This document shows positions 17,306-29,247 of a DNA stretch of 64,000 nt, piece after piece. This stretch comes from Gemmatimonadota bacterium. GTDB taxonomy: Bacteria > Gemmatimonadota > Gemmatimonadetes > Gemmatimonadales > Gemmatimonadaceae. Each line of letters opens with the position of its first letter. Positions within the stretch are counted from its first letter, which is position 1. Location of the stretch: the NCBI GenBank assembly GCA_023249305.1, contig JAHFCU010000004.1, forward strand, positions 10,399 through 74,398. Reading direction: 5' to 3'. The notes beneath the pieces were generated by a model. It was not told the DNA's origin. It worked only from the letters and a program-made list of their open reading frames with translations, and did no database searches. The position numbers and the translations under genes are program-made.

Positions 17306-18562
17306 ATGCTGTCGTCAGCGACCGTGGTCGGCGTCGTCGGCGCGGGCGCGATGGGACGAGGTATCGCGCAGGTGGCCGCGGCGGCTGGTCACGCGGTGGT
17401 GCTCGCCGATGCCAAGCCCGGAGCCGCCGCGGACGCGCGCGCCGCCATCGGCAAGGCGCTTGCATCGTTGGTCGCCAAGGGCAAGCTCGACGCGGCGGCG
17501 CGCGATGCAACGCTCACCCGCATCGCAGCGGTGGCTGCCGCGCCCGCGACGCTTTCCGCCAGCGCTGCCCCGCTGGACGCAGCGGCGTTCGCGCACTGCG
17601 GCCTCGTCTTCGAGGCGATCATCGAAGATCTTGCGGCGAAGCGCGACCTGTTCGCTCGGCTTGCTGACGCCGTGGCTGGCGACGCCGTGCTCGCGACCAA
17701 TACCTCGTCGCTGTCAGTGGCGGCGATTGCCGCGGGCTGTCCGTCGCCGGAACGCGTCCTTGGGCTTCACTTTTTCAATCCGCCGCCGCTGATGCCGCTC
17801 GTGGAGGTTGTTCCGTGGGCCGGCACGTTCCCGGCGCTCGCCGATGCCGCGCTGGCGCTCATGACGGCGTGGGGTAAGACCGCGGTGCAGTGCGCCGACA
17901 CGCCCGGGTTCATCGTCAACCGGATCGCGCGTTCGTTCTATGGCGAAGCGATTCGCATTGCCGAAGAAGGCACCGCGAACTACGCGACGATTGACTGGGC
18001 GATGCGCACGATCGGCGGCTTCCGCATGGGGCCGTTCGAGTTGATGGACTTCATCGGCAACGACGTGAACTTCACGGTCACGCGCGCCATCTACGAGGGG
18101 TTCTTCTTCGAGCCGCGGTATCGGCCGTCGCTTACGCAGCAACGGCTCGTGGCCGCCGGCCACCTCGGCCGCAAGACGGAGCGCGGCTACTACGACTATC
18201 GCGACGGCGCCGCAGCGCCCGAGCCGGTGCAGGACCGGGCACTGGGTGCCCGAATCGTCGAGCGTATCCGCGCGATGCTGATTAACGAAGCGGTTGACGC
18301 CTTGCGGTTACATCTCGCGAGCGCCGAGGCAATAGACACCGCGATGGAGAAGGGCGCCAACTATCCCGGCGGACCGCTCCTGTGGTGCGACCAACTCGGC
18401 GCGGCAGCGGTTCTCGAGCAGATGGAAGCGCTGCATGCCGAGTTCGGCGAGGATCGGTATCGGCCGAGCCCGATGCTGCGGCAGGTGGTGCGCGAACGGC
18501 GCACGTTCCGCCGTAACGCGACGCGCGACCCGAAAGCGGACCACATCAAGGGCGACCCATGA
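17306..18562 (+). CDS. paaH: 3-hydroxyadipyl-CoA / 3-hydroxyacyl-CoA dehydrogenase
   Basis: 418 aa. It has a Rossmann motif (VGVVGAGAMGRGIAQVAA) and 3HCDH C-terminal domains. Its position in the cluster also fits. Confidence 0.85.
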   Translation: MLSSATVVGVVGAGAMGRGIAQVAAAAGHAVVLADAKPGAAADARAAIGKALASLVAKGKLDAAARDATLTRIAAVAAAPATLSASAAPLDAAAFAHCGLVFEAIIEDLAAKRDLFARLADAVAGDAVLATNTSSLSVAAIAAGCPSPERVLGLHFFNPPPLMPLVEVVPWAGTFPALADAALALMTAWGKTAVQCADTPGFIVNRIARSFYGEAIRIAEEGTANYATIDWAMRTIGGFRMGPFELMDFIGNDVNFTVTRAIYEGFFFEPRYRPSLTQQRLVAAGHLGRKTERGYYDYRDGAAAPEPVQDRALGARIVERIRAMLINEAVDALRLHLASAEAIDTAMEKGANYPGGPLLWCDQLGAAAVLEQMEALHAEFGEDRYRPSPMLRQVVRERRTFRRNATRDPKADHIKGDP

Positions 18563-19770
18563 CCAACGCATTCATCGCCGGCGGACTCCGCACGCCGATC
18601 GGCTCGCTCGGCGGCGGGCTCAGCGACGTGCGCACCGACGATCTCGCCGCGCACGCCATTCGCGAATTGTTGCGGCGATACGCGTCGCTCGATCCCGACG
18701 ACATCACTGACGTCATTCTCGGGTGCGCGAATCAGGCCGGCGAGGATAATCGCAACGTCGCGCGCATGGCGCTGCTCCTCGCGGGACTGCCGGTTGCAGT
18801 ACCCGGCGAGACGGTGAACCGTCTGTGTGCGTCGGGGCTCGCCGCCATCGCGAGCGCGGCCCGCGGCGTCGCCGTCGGGGACGGCGATCTGTACGTGGCC
18901 GGCGGCGTCGAGAGCATGACGCGCGCGCCGTACGTCTTCTCCAAGGCGAGCAGGGCGTTCGCGCGCGACCAAGAGCTCTTCGACACGTCACTCGGCTGGC
19001 GGTTCGTGAACCCGGTGATGAAAGAACGCTACGGCATTGACTCGATGGGCCAGACCGCAGAGCACGTCGCCGAGGAGCACAAGGTTAGCCGCGCCGACCA
19101 GGACGCGTTCGCACTGTGGTCGCAGCGCAAGGCGGCGGCCGCACGCGACGAAGGGCGGCTCGCGGAGGAGATTGCTGCCGTGACAGTCCCGCAGAAGAAG
19201 GGCGAGCCGCACGTCGTCGCGACCGACGAATTCATCCGCGGCGATTCCACGGCTAGCGGGCTCGCGAAGCTCAAGCCCGCATTCCGCTTCGACGGCAAAG
19301 GCTCCGTGACGGCGGGAAACTCGTCAGGGCTCAACGACGGCGCGGCTGCGGCGTTCGTCTGCTCCGAGAACGGGGCGCGCCGCCACGGGCTCACGCCGCT
19401 GGCGCGCATCGTCACGACGGCGGCGGCCGGCGTTGAACCGCGCACAATGGGCATGGGCCCGGTCCCCACTTCGCAAAAGGTGTTGGCCAAGACCGGACTC
19501 ACAATTTCGCAGTTGGACATCATCGAGATCAACGAGGCGTTCGCCGCGCAGGTGCTCGCGTCGCTGCGCGCGCTCGGTGTCGCCGACGATGATCCGCGCG
19601 TGAACCCGAACGGCGGCGCCATCGCGCTCGGCCATCCGCTCGGCATGTCAGGCGCGCGGCTTGCAATCACGGCCGCGCGGCAGCTGCAGCAAAGCGGCGG
19701 CCGCTATGCCCTGGTGACGATGTGCGTGGGCGTCGGCCAAGGCATGGCCGCCATTCTCGAGCGCGTGTAG
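18559..19770 (+). CDS. paaJ: 3-oxoadipyl-CoA / 3-oxo-5,6-dehydrosuberyl-CoA thiolase
   Basis: 403 aa. Thiolase motifs are present: NRLCASGL (active-site Cys), NPNGGAIALGHPLG and CVGVGQG. There is an ATGA overlap with paaH. Confidence 0.85.
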   Translation: MTNAFIAGGLRTPIGSLGGGLSDVRTDDLAAHAIRELLRRYASLDPDDITDVILGCANQAGEDNRNVARMALLLAGLPVAVPGETVNRLCASGLAAIASAARGVAVGDGDLYVAGGVESMTRAPYVFSKASRAFARDQELFDTSLGWRFVNPVMKERYGIDSMGQTAEHVAEEHKVSRADQDAFALWSQRKAAAARDEGRLAEEIAAVTVPQKKGEPHVVATDEFIRGDSTASGLAKLKPAFRFDGKGSVTAGNSSGLNDGAAAAFVCSENGARRHGLTPLARIVTTAAAGVEPRTMGMGPVPTSQKVLAKTGLTISQLDIIEINEAFAAQVLASLRALGVADDDPRVNPNGGAIALGHPLGMSGARLAITAARQLQQSGGRYALVTMCVGVGQGMAAILERV

Positions 19771-19772
19771 CG

Positions 19773-20375
19773 ATGGCGAGCATCTACTCGTTCGAAGGCT
19801 TCGTGCCCGTGGTGCACGAGAGCGCGTTCATCCACGCTAACGCGACGGTCGTCGGCAACGTAGTGATCGGGCGCGACGTGTACGTCGGGCCGAGCGCAGT
19901 GATTCGCGGCGACTGGGGCGGCATCGAAATCGCGGACGGCTGCAACGTGCAGGAAGGCTGTGTTATCCACATGTTCCCGGGCGTCGTCGTGCGGCTCGAG
20001 GAAGCGGCGCACATCGGCCACGGTGCGGTCGTGCACGGCGCGCACGTGGGGCGCAACGTGCTCATCGGCATGAACGCCGTGGTGATGGATCGGGCCGACA
20101 TCGGCGACGAGAGCATCGTCGGCGCGCTCTGTTTCGTGCCGAGCGAAATGCAGGTGCCGCCGCGTTCGCTCGTGCTCGGCTATCCCGCCAAGATCGTGAA
20201 GCCGGTGAGCGACGAGATGCTCGCCTGGAAGAGTGCGGGCACGCGACTCTATCAGGGGTTGCCCGCGCGGCTGCGCGAGTCGCTGCAGCCATGCGAGCCG
20301 CTGCGCGAAGTGCCGGCGGACCGCGCGGCACAGGCGGCGACGTACCAGACTTGGAAGGAGACGCAGCGCGACTGA
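19773..20375 (+). CDS. paaY: hexapeptide-repeat (gamma-carbonic-anhydrase-like) protein, PaaY-type
   Basis: ORF 19722..20375, trimmed to ATG 19773. The sequence MASIYSFEGFVPVVHESAFIHANATVVGNVVIG shows left-handed beta-helix repeats. The position between paaJ and paaZ fits. Confidence 0.75.
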   Translation: MASIYSFEGFVPVVHESAFIHANATVVGNVVIGRDVYVGPSAVIRGDWGGIEIADGCNVQEGCVIHMFPGVVVRLEEAAHIGHGAVVHGAHVGRNVLIGMNAVVMDRADIGDESIVGALCFVPSEMQVPPRSLVLGYPAKIVKPVSDEMLAWKSAGTRLYQGLPARLRESLQPCEPLREVPADRAAQAATYQTWKETQRD

Positions 20376-20384
20376 CGCGCCGCG

Positions 20385-22496
20385 ATGGAGATCCCCCCGA
20401 TGAGCACGACCCAGCTGGCTCCCACTCCGCTCGACCCAACCGGCCGCGCCCCGCGTGCGCTGTTCAACTACGCCGAAGGCGCGTGGGTGCACGGCACCGG
20501 TGCACGCACGCTGTTGCACCACGCCGTCACGGGCGCGGTGATCGCCGAGGCGGGGAGCGGCGGACTCGATTTTGGCTCGATGGTGCGCTACGGGCGCGCG
20601 GTCGGCGGCCCGGCGCTCCGGGCAATGACGTTCCATCAGCGCGCGCGAATGCTGAAGGCACTCGCACAGTACCTGATGGCGCGCGTCGAGGGCTATTACA
20701 CGATCTCCGCCGCCACTGGTGCCACGCGCCGCGACGGGTGGGTGGACATCGAGGGCGGCATCGGCACGCTGTTCGCCTACGCGTCACGCGGCCGGCGTGA
20801 GTTTCCCGACGAGCCATTCCATGTCGAGGGGCCCACGGAAGTGTTGTCGAAGGGCGGCACATTCGTGGGGCGGCACATCTGCGTGCCACTCGAGGGCGTC
20901 GCGGTGCACGTCAACGCGTTCAACTTCCCCGTGTGGGGCATGCTCGAGAAACTCGCGCCAACGCTGCTCGCCGGGGTTCCCGCGATCGTGAAGCCGGCGA
21001 CGGTCACGAGTTTTCTCACGGAGGCCGTCTTCGCGGGAATCATCGAGAGCGGCATTCTCCCGGCAGGGAGCGTGCAGCTCATCTGCGGGAGCGCGGGCGA
21101 CCTGCTCGACCAGCTCGACGAGCAGTGCGCGGTGGCATTCACGGGCAGCGCCGACACGGCGCGCGCGCTGCGCCTGCGCGACGCGATCGTGCGCCGCAAC
21201 GTGCGGTTCAATGCCGAGGCTGATTCGCTGAATTTCTCGATGCTCGGGCCCGATGCATCACCCGGCAGCGAGGAGTTTGCGCTCTTTATCAAGGAAGTCG
21301 CGAACGAGATGACATCGAAGGCCGGCCAGAAGTGCACGGCCATCCGTCGCACATTGGTGCCCGCGGCGCTCGTCGGCGAAGTAAGCGCGGCGCTCGCGGC
21401 GCGGCTGGCCGGTGTGGTCATCGGCGACCCGGCGGTGGAGGGCGTGCGCATGGGGCCACTCGCGGCGCAGGCCCAGGTGGGCGAGGTGCAGCGGGCTGTG
21501 GATGCCATCGCGCAGGACACGGAACTCGTGTACGGCGAGATCGGATTGCCGGACGTGACGGGTGCCGACGCCGCGCGCGGCGCGTTCTACCCGATTCTGC
21601 TCTTCGCCTCTCGGGACCCACTGCGCCGCGCCGCGCCGCACGACGTCGAGGCCTTCGGCCCCGTGAACACGCTCATGCCGTACGAGAGCGTGGACGAGGC
21701 GATTGAGCTCGCCAAACGCGGCCGCGGCTCGCTCGTGGGCTCGGTGTTCACCGCGGACGATTCCATCGCGCGCACGGTCGTGCTCGGCACCGCGGCGTAT
21801 CACGGACGATTGTTGCTCGCGAATCGCCACACAGCCAAGGAGAGCACCGGGCACGGCTCGCCGCTCCCGCACCTCGTGCACGGCGGCCCCGGCCGCGCCG
21901 GCGGCGGCGAGGAGCTGGGCGGCGCGCGCGGCGTGCTGCACTTCATGCAGCGCACCGCGCTGCAAGGCTCGCCTACCACGCTCTCGCACGTGGTGCACGA
22001 GTACATGCCTGGCGCGGCAATGTCGGGTGACGCGGTGCATCCGTTCCGCAAGCATTTCGACGAGCTCGCGATCGGCGAGACGTTCCACACGTCGTCGCGC
22101 ACCATCACCGGCGACGACGTGGACCGCTTCTCGAATCTCTCGGGCGACCACTTCTACGCACACCAGAGCGACGAGTTGGCGCGGCAGGGCGTCTTCGAGC
22201 GCAAGGTGGCGCACGGCTACTTCGTGCTCTCGGCGTCGGCGGGTTTGTTCGTGGATCCTGCGCCGGGACCGGTGCTCGCCAACTATGGATTGGAGGGGCT
22301 CCGCTTCGTGAGGCCCGTGTATCCGGGCGACGCAATCCACGCGCGGCTCACGTGCAAGCAGAAGACGGCGAAGGAGACACCGCCGGACGGCATCCCGCAG
22401 GGTGTGGTCGCGTGGGACGTGGAAGTACGGAACCAGGCCGAAGAGCCCGTCGCGGTCTACACGATCCTCACGCTCGTGCGGCGGCGTGCTTCATAG
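20385..22496 (+). CDS. paaZ: bifunctional oxepin-CoA hydrolase / 3-oxo-5,6-dehydrosuberyl-CoA semialdehyde dehydrogenase
   Basis: 703 aa. It has an N-terminal aldehyde dehydrogenase domain and a C-terminal MaoC hot-dog domain (GDHFYAHQSDE...). The N-terminus aligns by eye with E. coli PaaZ (GPALRAMTFHQRARMLKALAQYL). ATG 20400 is an alternative start. Confidence 0.9.
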   Translation: MEIPPMSTTQLAPTPLDPTGRAPRALFNYAEGAWVHGTGARTLLHHAVTGAVIAEAGSGGLDFGSMVRYGRAVGGPALRAMTFHQRARMLKALAQYLMARVEGYYTISAATGATRRDGWVDIEGGIGTLFAYASRGRREFPDEPFHVEGPTEVLSKGGTFVGRHICVPLEGVAVHVNAFNFPVWGMLEKLAPTLLAGVPAIVKPATVTSFLTEAVFAGIIESGILPAGSVQLICGSAGDLLDQLDEQCAVAFTGSADTARALRLRDAIVRRNVRFNAEADSLNFSMLGPDASPGSEEFALFIKEVANEMTSKAGQKCTAIRRTLVPAALVGEVSAALAARLAGVVIGDPAVEGVRMGPLAAQAQVGEVQRAVDAIAQDTELVYGEIGLPDVTGADAARGAFYPILLFASRDPLRRAAPHDVEAFGPVNTLMPYESVDEAIELAKRGRGSLVGSVFTADDSIARTVVLGTAAYHGRLLLANRHTAKESTGHGSPLPHLVHGGPGRAGGGEELGGARGVLHFMQRTALQGSPTTLSHVVHEYMPGAAMSGDAVHPFRKHFDELAIGETFHTSSRTITGDDVDRFSNLSGDHFYAHQSDELARQGVFERKVAHGYFVLSASAGLFVDPAPGPVLANYGLEGLRFVRPVYPGDAIHARLTCKQKTAKETPPDGIPQGVVAWDVEVRNQAEEPVAVYTILTLVRRRAS

Positions 22497-22517
22497 CGCG
22501 TGGGCGCGAGGTTGCGG

Positions 22518-22535
22518 CGCGCTTCGTGAAGCGCG
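22518..22535. terminator. small hairpin between convergent paaZ and acetoacetyl-CoA synthetase ends
   Basis: The stem is CGCGCTT and AAGCGCG with loop CGTG (7-bp stem). There is no clear U-tract. Confidence 0.35.
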
Positions 22536-22553
22536 GCCACGGCTTTGTACGCG

Positions 22554-24602
<2,049 letters not shown>

Positions 24603-24730
24603 TAGCGAAAGATGCTATATTGATCCGAGTAGAACCACGCGTGGAGACCATCCGCCGAGTTCGACTTTGCCAGGGCGGCAACCACGCCTGGCGTTCAAAT
24701 CAAATCCCCACTCGCAGGAGAGCGCAGCTT

Positions 24731-25756
24731 ATGCGATTCCGAAACCTCACCGTGGCACTCTCGTTCGCCGCGGCCCTGCCGCTGGCAGCGCAGACGTTTA
24801 CGCCGGTGGAAATCGGCGCGTATGGCCAGTACACAAAGTTCGCAGACGTGACGAAGCTCGACCCGGCGTTCGGGCTCGGAGGGCTCGTCAGCGTTCCGCT
24901 GTTTCAACGCTTCGCGTTTCAGTACGAAGGCGATTTCGGCTCAACGAACAGCAGCCGGGTCGGCGACCTCACCGCGTTGAACCACCGCTTCGACATCGTT
25001 TATCACGTGCCGATCGGCGATCGCCGGACCTTCTTCGTGGGCGGTGGTTGGACGGGATCGCAGTATCGCACCGATACGACGAAGAACCAGTACGACTCGG
25101 GCCTGAACCTCCAGGCCGGTTTTCGCTTCTGCCTAGGCGACAACTGGGCGCTGCGCACCAGCGCGGTGATGGACTTCAAGGATCCGTCCGACCAGATCCC
25201 GACGGGCGATCGGACGCAGACGTTGAGCCTGCGCGCGGGCATCAGCCGGTTCTTCGGCGGCAAGGACGCGAACTCGCCGTGCGTCGTGATCGTGCCGCCG
25301 CCCCCGCCACCGCCCGCTCCGGCACCTCCGCCCCCGCCTCCGCCGCCGCCGGCTCCCAAGCCTGCTGCCGCTCCGCCGCCACCACCGCCCCCGCCGCCGG
25401 CTCCGGCTCCGAAGCCACGCGAGATCTTCCGGCTCACCGGCATTTATTTCGACTTCGACAAGAGCGACCTGAAGAAGGCCGGCAAGGACACGCTCGAGGC
25501 CGCGGTGAAGTACTTGAATGCGAATCCGGGAGCTAAGGTGGAGATCCAGGGGCACACGGACAGCCTTGGTACCGATGCGTACAACCGATCGCTGTCGGAC
25601 CGGCGCGCCACCGTGGTGATGAAATACCTGCGGTCGCGCGGCATTGAAGCGTCGCGCATGAGCACCAAGGGCCTGGGTGAGAACGAACCAACGGCTGACA
25701 ACGGCACCAAGGAAGGACGCGCGCTGAACCGGCGCGCGGTGATCATCGAGTTGTAG
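24731..25756 (+). CDS. OmpA-family outer-membrane protein (beta-barrel, poly-proline linker, OmpA/MotB C-terminal domain)
   Basis: ORF 24578..25756, trimmed to ATG 24731 (AGGAGAG 8 nt upstream). The signal peptide is MRFRNLTVALSFAAALPLAAQ. The C-terminus reads FDFDKSDL...GHTDS.G...YN..LS.RRA..V..YL. Confidence 0.85.
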   Translation: MRFRNLTVALSFAAALPLAAQTFTPVEIGAYGQYTKFADVTKLDPAFGLGGLVSVPLFQRFAFQYEGDFGSTNSSRVGDLTALNHRFDIVYHVPIGDRRTFFVGGGWTGSQYRTDTTKNQYDSGLNLQAGFRFCLGDNWALRTSAVMDFKDPSDQIPTGDRTQTLSLRAGISRFFGGKDANSPCVVIVPPPPPPPAPAPPPPPPPPPAPKPAAAPPPPPPPPPAPAPKPREIFRLTGIYFDFDKSDLKKAGKDTLEAAVKYLNANPGAKVEIQGHTDSLGTDAYNRSLSDRRATVVMKYLRSRGIEASRMSTKGLGENEPTADNGTKEGRALNRRAVIIEL

Positions 25757-25816
25757 GGCGATTGAGGATCACAACTCCGTATTTGGCCTACAGTTGAGGT
25801 ATCGGATCGATCGCAG

Positions 25817-25845
25817 ACGGGGGCGCCGAACGGCGCCCCCGTTTG
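25817..25845 (+). terminator. intrinsic terminator after the OmpA gene
   Basis: The stem is ACGGGGGCGCC and GGCGCCCCCGT with loop GAAC (11-bp stem), followed by TTT. Confidence 0.5.
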
Positions 25846-26098
25846 CGTCGTGTGACGACGGTGCGGACACGACGCGGCGAATGCAAGGGGAAAATCCCTT
25901 CTGTAACACGCGCGAAGTACTCTTGCCGACTCGCGGGTTTGGACCGCATCTTCTGGATGGTTCGTCGTCCCCGCCCCTTCGTCTGGAGCGATCCTTTCGC
26001 TTCGAGGACGCGGGACCACTTCCCAAGCTCCATCGACTCGGCGTCGTCGAGCCGATGGTCGGGTTTGTTTCACTGTCTTCCAATCCACGGTACACCAC

Positions 26099-29000
26099 AT
26101 GATGAAGAAACGAGTTCTCATGGTGCTCATGGGATTGGTCTTTGCTGCGATGCCGCTCTGGGCGCAGCAGAAGACCATTACCGGCAAGGTGACCAGCGAC
26201 GTGGGTGCGCCGATTCAGGGCGCACAAGTCGTCGTGAAGGGCACCCGCTTCGGCACGTTGACCGATGCGCTCGGTAACTACTCCACGCGCGCCGACGTCG
26301 GCCAGGTGCTTCAGTTCCGGTTCATCGGCAACGCGATGCAGGAACGCACCGTCGGCGCCGCCGACGTCATCAACGTCGAGCTGAAGAAGGTGGCCACCAG
26401 CCTCGACGCGGTCGTCGTCTCGGCCCTCGGCCAGACGAGCGTGAAACGCGCGCTGGGCACGGCCCAGCAGCAGGTGGAAGGGGCGGACATCGCCGCGACC
26501 AATCGCGAGAACTTCATCAACGCGCTGCAGGGTCGCGTGGCCGGCGTCGAAGTGACGAGCAGCTCCGGCGTGCCCGGCGCCTCCTCGACGATCACGATCC
26601 GGGGCGTCAGCTCGCTGTCGAACAACAACCAGCCGCTGATGATCCTTGACGGCCTGCCGATGGACAACAAGACGCTCAACACGGGCGTCCTCGCATCGGA
26701 CAACCCGGCGAGCGGCGTGGGCCTCGCCAACCGCTTCCTGGACTTCACGAACCGCGCGTCCGATCTCAACCCTGAGGACATTGAGAGCCTCGTGGTCCTC
26801 AAGGGGCCGGAGGCCTCCGCGCTCTACGGCATTGACGCCGCCAACGGCGCCATCGTCATCACGACGAAGCGCGGGAAGCCCGGCACGGGCGGCTTCGAGT
26901 ACAACAACAGCTTCATTACGTCGTTCCCGGGCAAGTACTACGATCTGCAGAAAGTGTACGGTCCGACCGCCACGCTCGCCACGAGCACCGCCAATTTCAT
27001 CTATTGGGGCCTGCCGTATGCGCCGGGCACGCAGTTCTATGACAACATCAAGAACTTTTTCCAGAATTCGCTGACGCAGAAGCACAACCTGAGCTTCAGC
27101 GGCGCCGCGCCGGACAACCGCATCAACTACCGCGTGTCGGTGTCGGCGGACAAGCAGGATGGCGTGGTCCCGAACAACTTCTACAACCGTGTCACGCTGA
27201 TGGCCGCCACGCAGGGCATCGTGAACCGGTGGCTCAAGGCCGACGCGTCGCTGACGTATTCTTACAGCACGAGCAACCAGCCGTGGCGCGGCGCCGGCAG
27301 CCCGATGCTCGGCCTCATGATCTGGCCGCAGACGGATGACGCGTCGCAATGGCTAACCGCGGCGGGCACGCGGCGCCGCCTGACGCTCGCGTCCGCATCT
27401 ACCGAGACGGACAATCCGTACTTCGGCGTCAACAAGAACAAGCTCCAGGCGACCAACAATCGTGTGCTCAGCAATGTCGGCCTGACGATCGCCCCGTGGC
27501 AGTGGGGCAACCTCAAGACCAATATCGGCATTGACCAGTACGCGAACGGCAACCTGCTCCTGAAGCATCCGGAGAGTACGCTCGGCTACGCCGCCAACGG
27601 CATACTCGACGTCGCCGACAATACGGTGCGCAACATCTCGGCGCAGACGGTGCTCAACTTCAACGCGGTGCAGCTGCCCTACGGGCTGTCGGTGTCCGGA
27701 CTGGTCGGCAACTCGGTGCTCGATGCACGGGACAACACGAATGCCGAGAAAGGCTCGAACTTCCTGGACCCGAACTATGTGTCCATGAACAACACCGACC
27801 TGGTGTCACGCTTTGCCTGGACGAACTTGTTCCGCCGGCGCCTGGTCAGCGCCTTCGGAAGCGCGACGGTCAACTACAACCAGTACCTGTACGTCACGGT
27901 CACCGGCCGCAACGACTGGACGTCCACCATCCCGAAGGAGCGCAACTCCTTCTTCTATCCCTCGATCAACTCGTCGTTCATCTTCTCCGACGCGTTCCCG
28001 GGGATCGCCAAGTACGTGACGGGCAAGATTCGCTCGGGCTGGGCGCAGGTGGGCAAGGACGCGCGCCCGTACGCCGACAAGCCGTCCCTCGAGTCGAAGA
28101 CGACACCGTACGGTGGCTATGGGTACGGCTTCACCGGCCCGAACCCGGGTCTCAAGCCAGAGTTCGCCACGTCGCAGGAAGTCGGCGTCGAACTGAACTT
28201 CCTGGACGAACGTCTCGGCGTCGATGCGACGGTGTACAAGAAAGAAACGAACGATCAGATCATCATCGGCGCCCGTGGCAGCTATGCCACCGGGTTCGTC
28301 CTGATGAACCTGAATGGCGCGAAGACGCGCACGTCGGGTTGGGAACTCACGCTGCGCGGCACGCCGTACATCAAGGGTGACAAATCCTGGGACGTCCAGG
28401 CCAACCTGATGCACGCGCGCGCCATCACCGTGAGCCTGCCATTCCTGTATCCCGAGTATTACAACTCGGACACGTGGCTCTACGGCAACGTGCGCAACGG
28501 CACGATGGCGGGCGCAAGCCTGATGTCGTTGACCGGCCTTTTCTATCTGCGTAACAACGCCGGTCAGCTGCTGATCTCGCCGACGTCCGGCCTGCCGATT
28601 CAGGCGGCGAACTTCATTGACCGCGGGTACGATCGGCAGCCGAAGTGGACGATGGGTGTCACCAACACGTTCCGCTACCGCAAGTTCTCGATGAACTTCC
28701 TGCTCGACATCCGGCACGGCGGCGACATCTTCAACGCCACCGATCACTACCTGACGACGCGCGGCCTCGCCATGCGCACTCTCGATCGTGAGGTGCCCCG
28801 CGTGATTCCCGGGGTCCTCCAGGACGGCAAGGAGAACACCGCGACCCCGACGATCAACACGATCGTCGTCGTCCCGGCGCAGAACAACTCCTACTACACG
28901 GGGATGAGCGAAGAGCTGTTCATCGAGAAGAACATCAACTGGGTGCGGCTCAAGGACATCACGCTGCGCTATCAGTTGCCGGCCAAGTACTTCGGCGCTC

Positions 29001-29179
29001 GCGACGCCAGCGTGTTCATCACCGGCACAGACCTGTGGATCAAGACGAACTACACCGGGCTTGATCCGACCGCCAACTCGAGCACGGCCGCGTCGGCAGG
29101 TTCGAGCGCCATCGGCATGGACTACGGCAACTTCTCGACGCCGAAGAGCATGAGCTTCGGGCTCAAGGTAGGGTTCTAG
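26099..29179 (+). CDS. SusC/RagA-family TonB-linked outer-membrane protein
   Basis: 1026 aa. It has a signal peptide and a CarboxypepD_reg domain (ITGKVTSDVGAPIQGAQVVVKGTRFGTLTDALGNYS). The plug reads GRVAGVEVTSSSGVPGASSTITIRGVSSL.NN.PL...DG. The protein ends in the aromatic motif FGLKVGF. Confidence 0.9.
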   Translation: MMKKRVLMVLMGLVFAAMPLWAQQKTITGKVTSDVGAPIQGAQVVVKGTRFGTLTDALGNYSTRADVGQVLQFRFIGNAMQERTVGAADVINVELKKVATSLDAVVVSALGQTSVKRALGTAQQQVEGADIAATNRENFINALQGRVAGVEVTSSSGVPGASSTITIRGVSSLSNNNQPLMILDGLPMDNKTLNTGVLASDNPASGVGLANRFLDFTNRASDLNPEDIESLVVLKGPEASALYGIDAANGAIVITTKRGKPGTGGFEYNNSFITSFPGKYYDLQKVYGPTATLATSTANFIYWGLPYAPGTQFYDNIKNFFQNSLTQKHNLSFSGAAPDNRINYRVSVSADKQDGVVPNNFYNRVTLMAATQGIVNRWLKADASLTYSYSTSNQPWRGAGSPMLGLMIWPQTDDASQWLTAAGTRRRLTLASASTETDNPYFGVNKNKLQATNNRVLSNVGLTIAPWQWGNLKTNIGIDQYANGNLLLKHPESTLGYAANGILDVADNTVRNISAQTVLNFNAVQLPYGLSVSGLVGNSVLDARDNTNAEKGSNFLDPNYVSMNNTDLVSRFAWTNLFRRRLVSAFGSATVNYNQYLYVTVTGRNDWTSTIPKERNSFFYPSINSSFIFSDAFPGIAKYVTGKIRSGWAQVGKDARPYADKPSLESKTTPYGGYGYGFTGPNPGLKPEFATSQEVGVELNFLDERLGVDATVYKKETNDQIIIGARGSYATGFVLMNLNGAKTRTSGWELTLRGTPYIKGDKSWDVQANLMHARAITVSLPFLYPEYYNSDTWLYGNVRNGTMAGASLMSLTGLFYLRNNAGQLLISPTSGLPIQAANFIDRGYDRQPKWTMGVTNTFRYRKFSMNFLLDIRHGGDIFNATDHYLTTRGLAMRTLDREVPRVIPGVLQDGKENTATPTINTIVVVPAQNNSYYTGMSEELFIEKNINWVRLKDITLRYQLPAKYFGARDASVFITGTDLWIKTNYTGLDPTANSSTAASAGSSAIGMDYGNFSTPKSMSFGLKVGF

Positions 29180-29247
29180 CCATGACACCGACCAACAGCA
29201 CCTCAGCGCGCGGCGGTTCGCGCGAAATCACCTTGAAGAAACAGCCT

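Noticed and set aside
25769-27349. Long antisense ORF (526 aa) opposite susC. Similar cases are 27806..29188, 29851..30984, 35212..37068, 51639..54239, 54034..55266, 55270..56775, 10664..11965, 21258..22340, 31669..32697 and 33485..34873.
   Set aside because: These are shadow ORFs typical of GC-rich DNA. Their translations are Arg/Ala/Gly/His-rich low-information sequences with no recognisable motifs. Each lies opposite a gene with clear family signatures.
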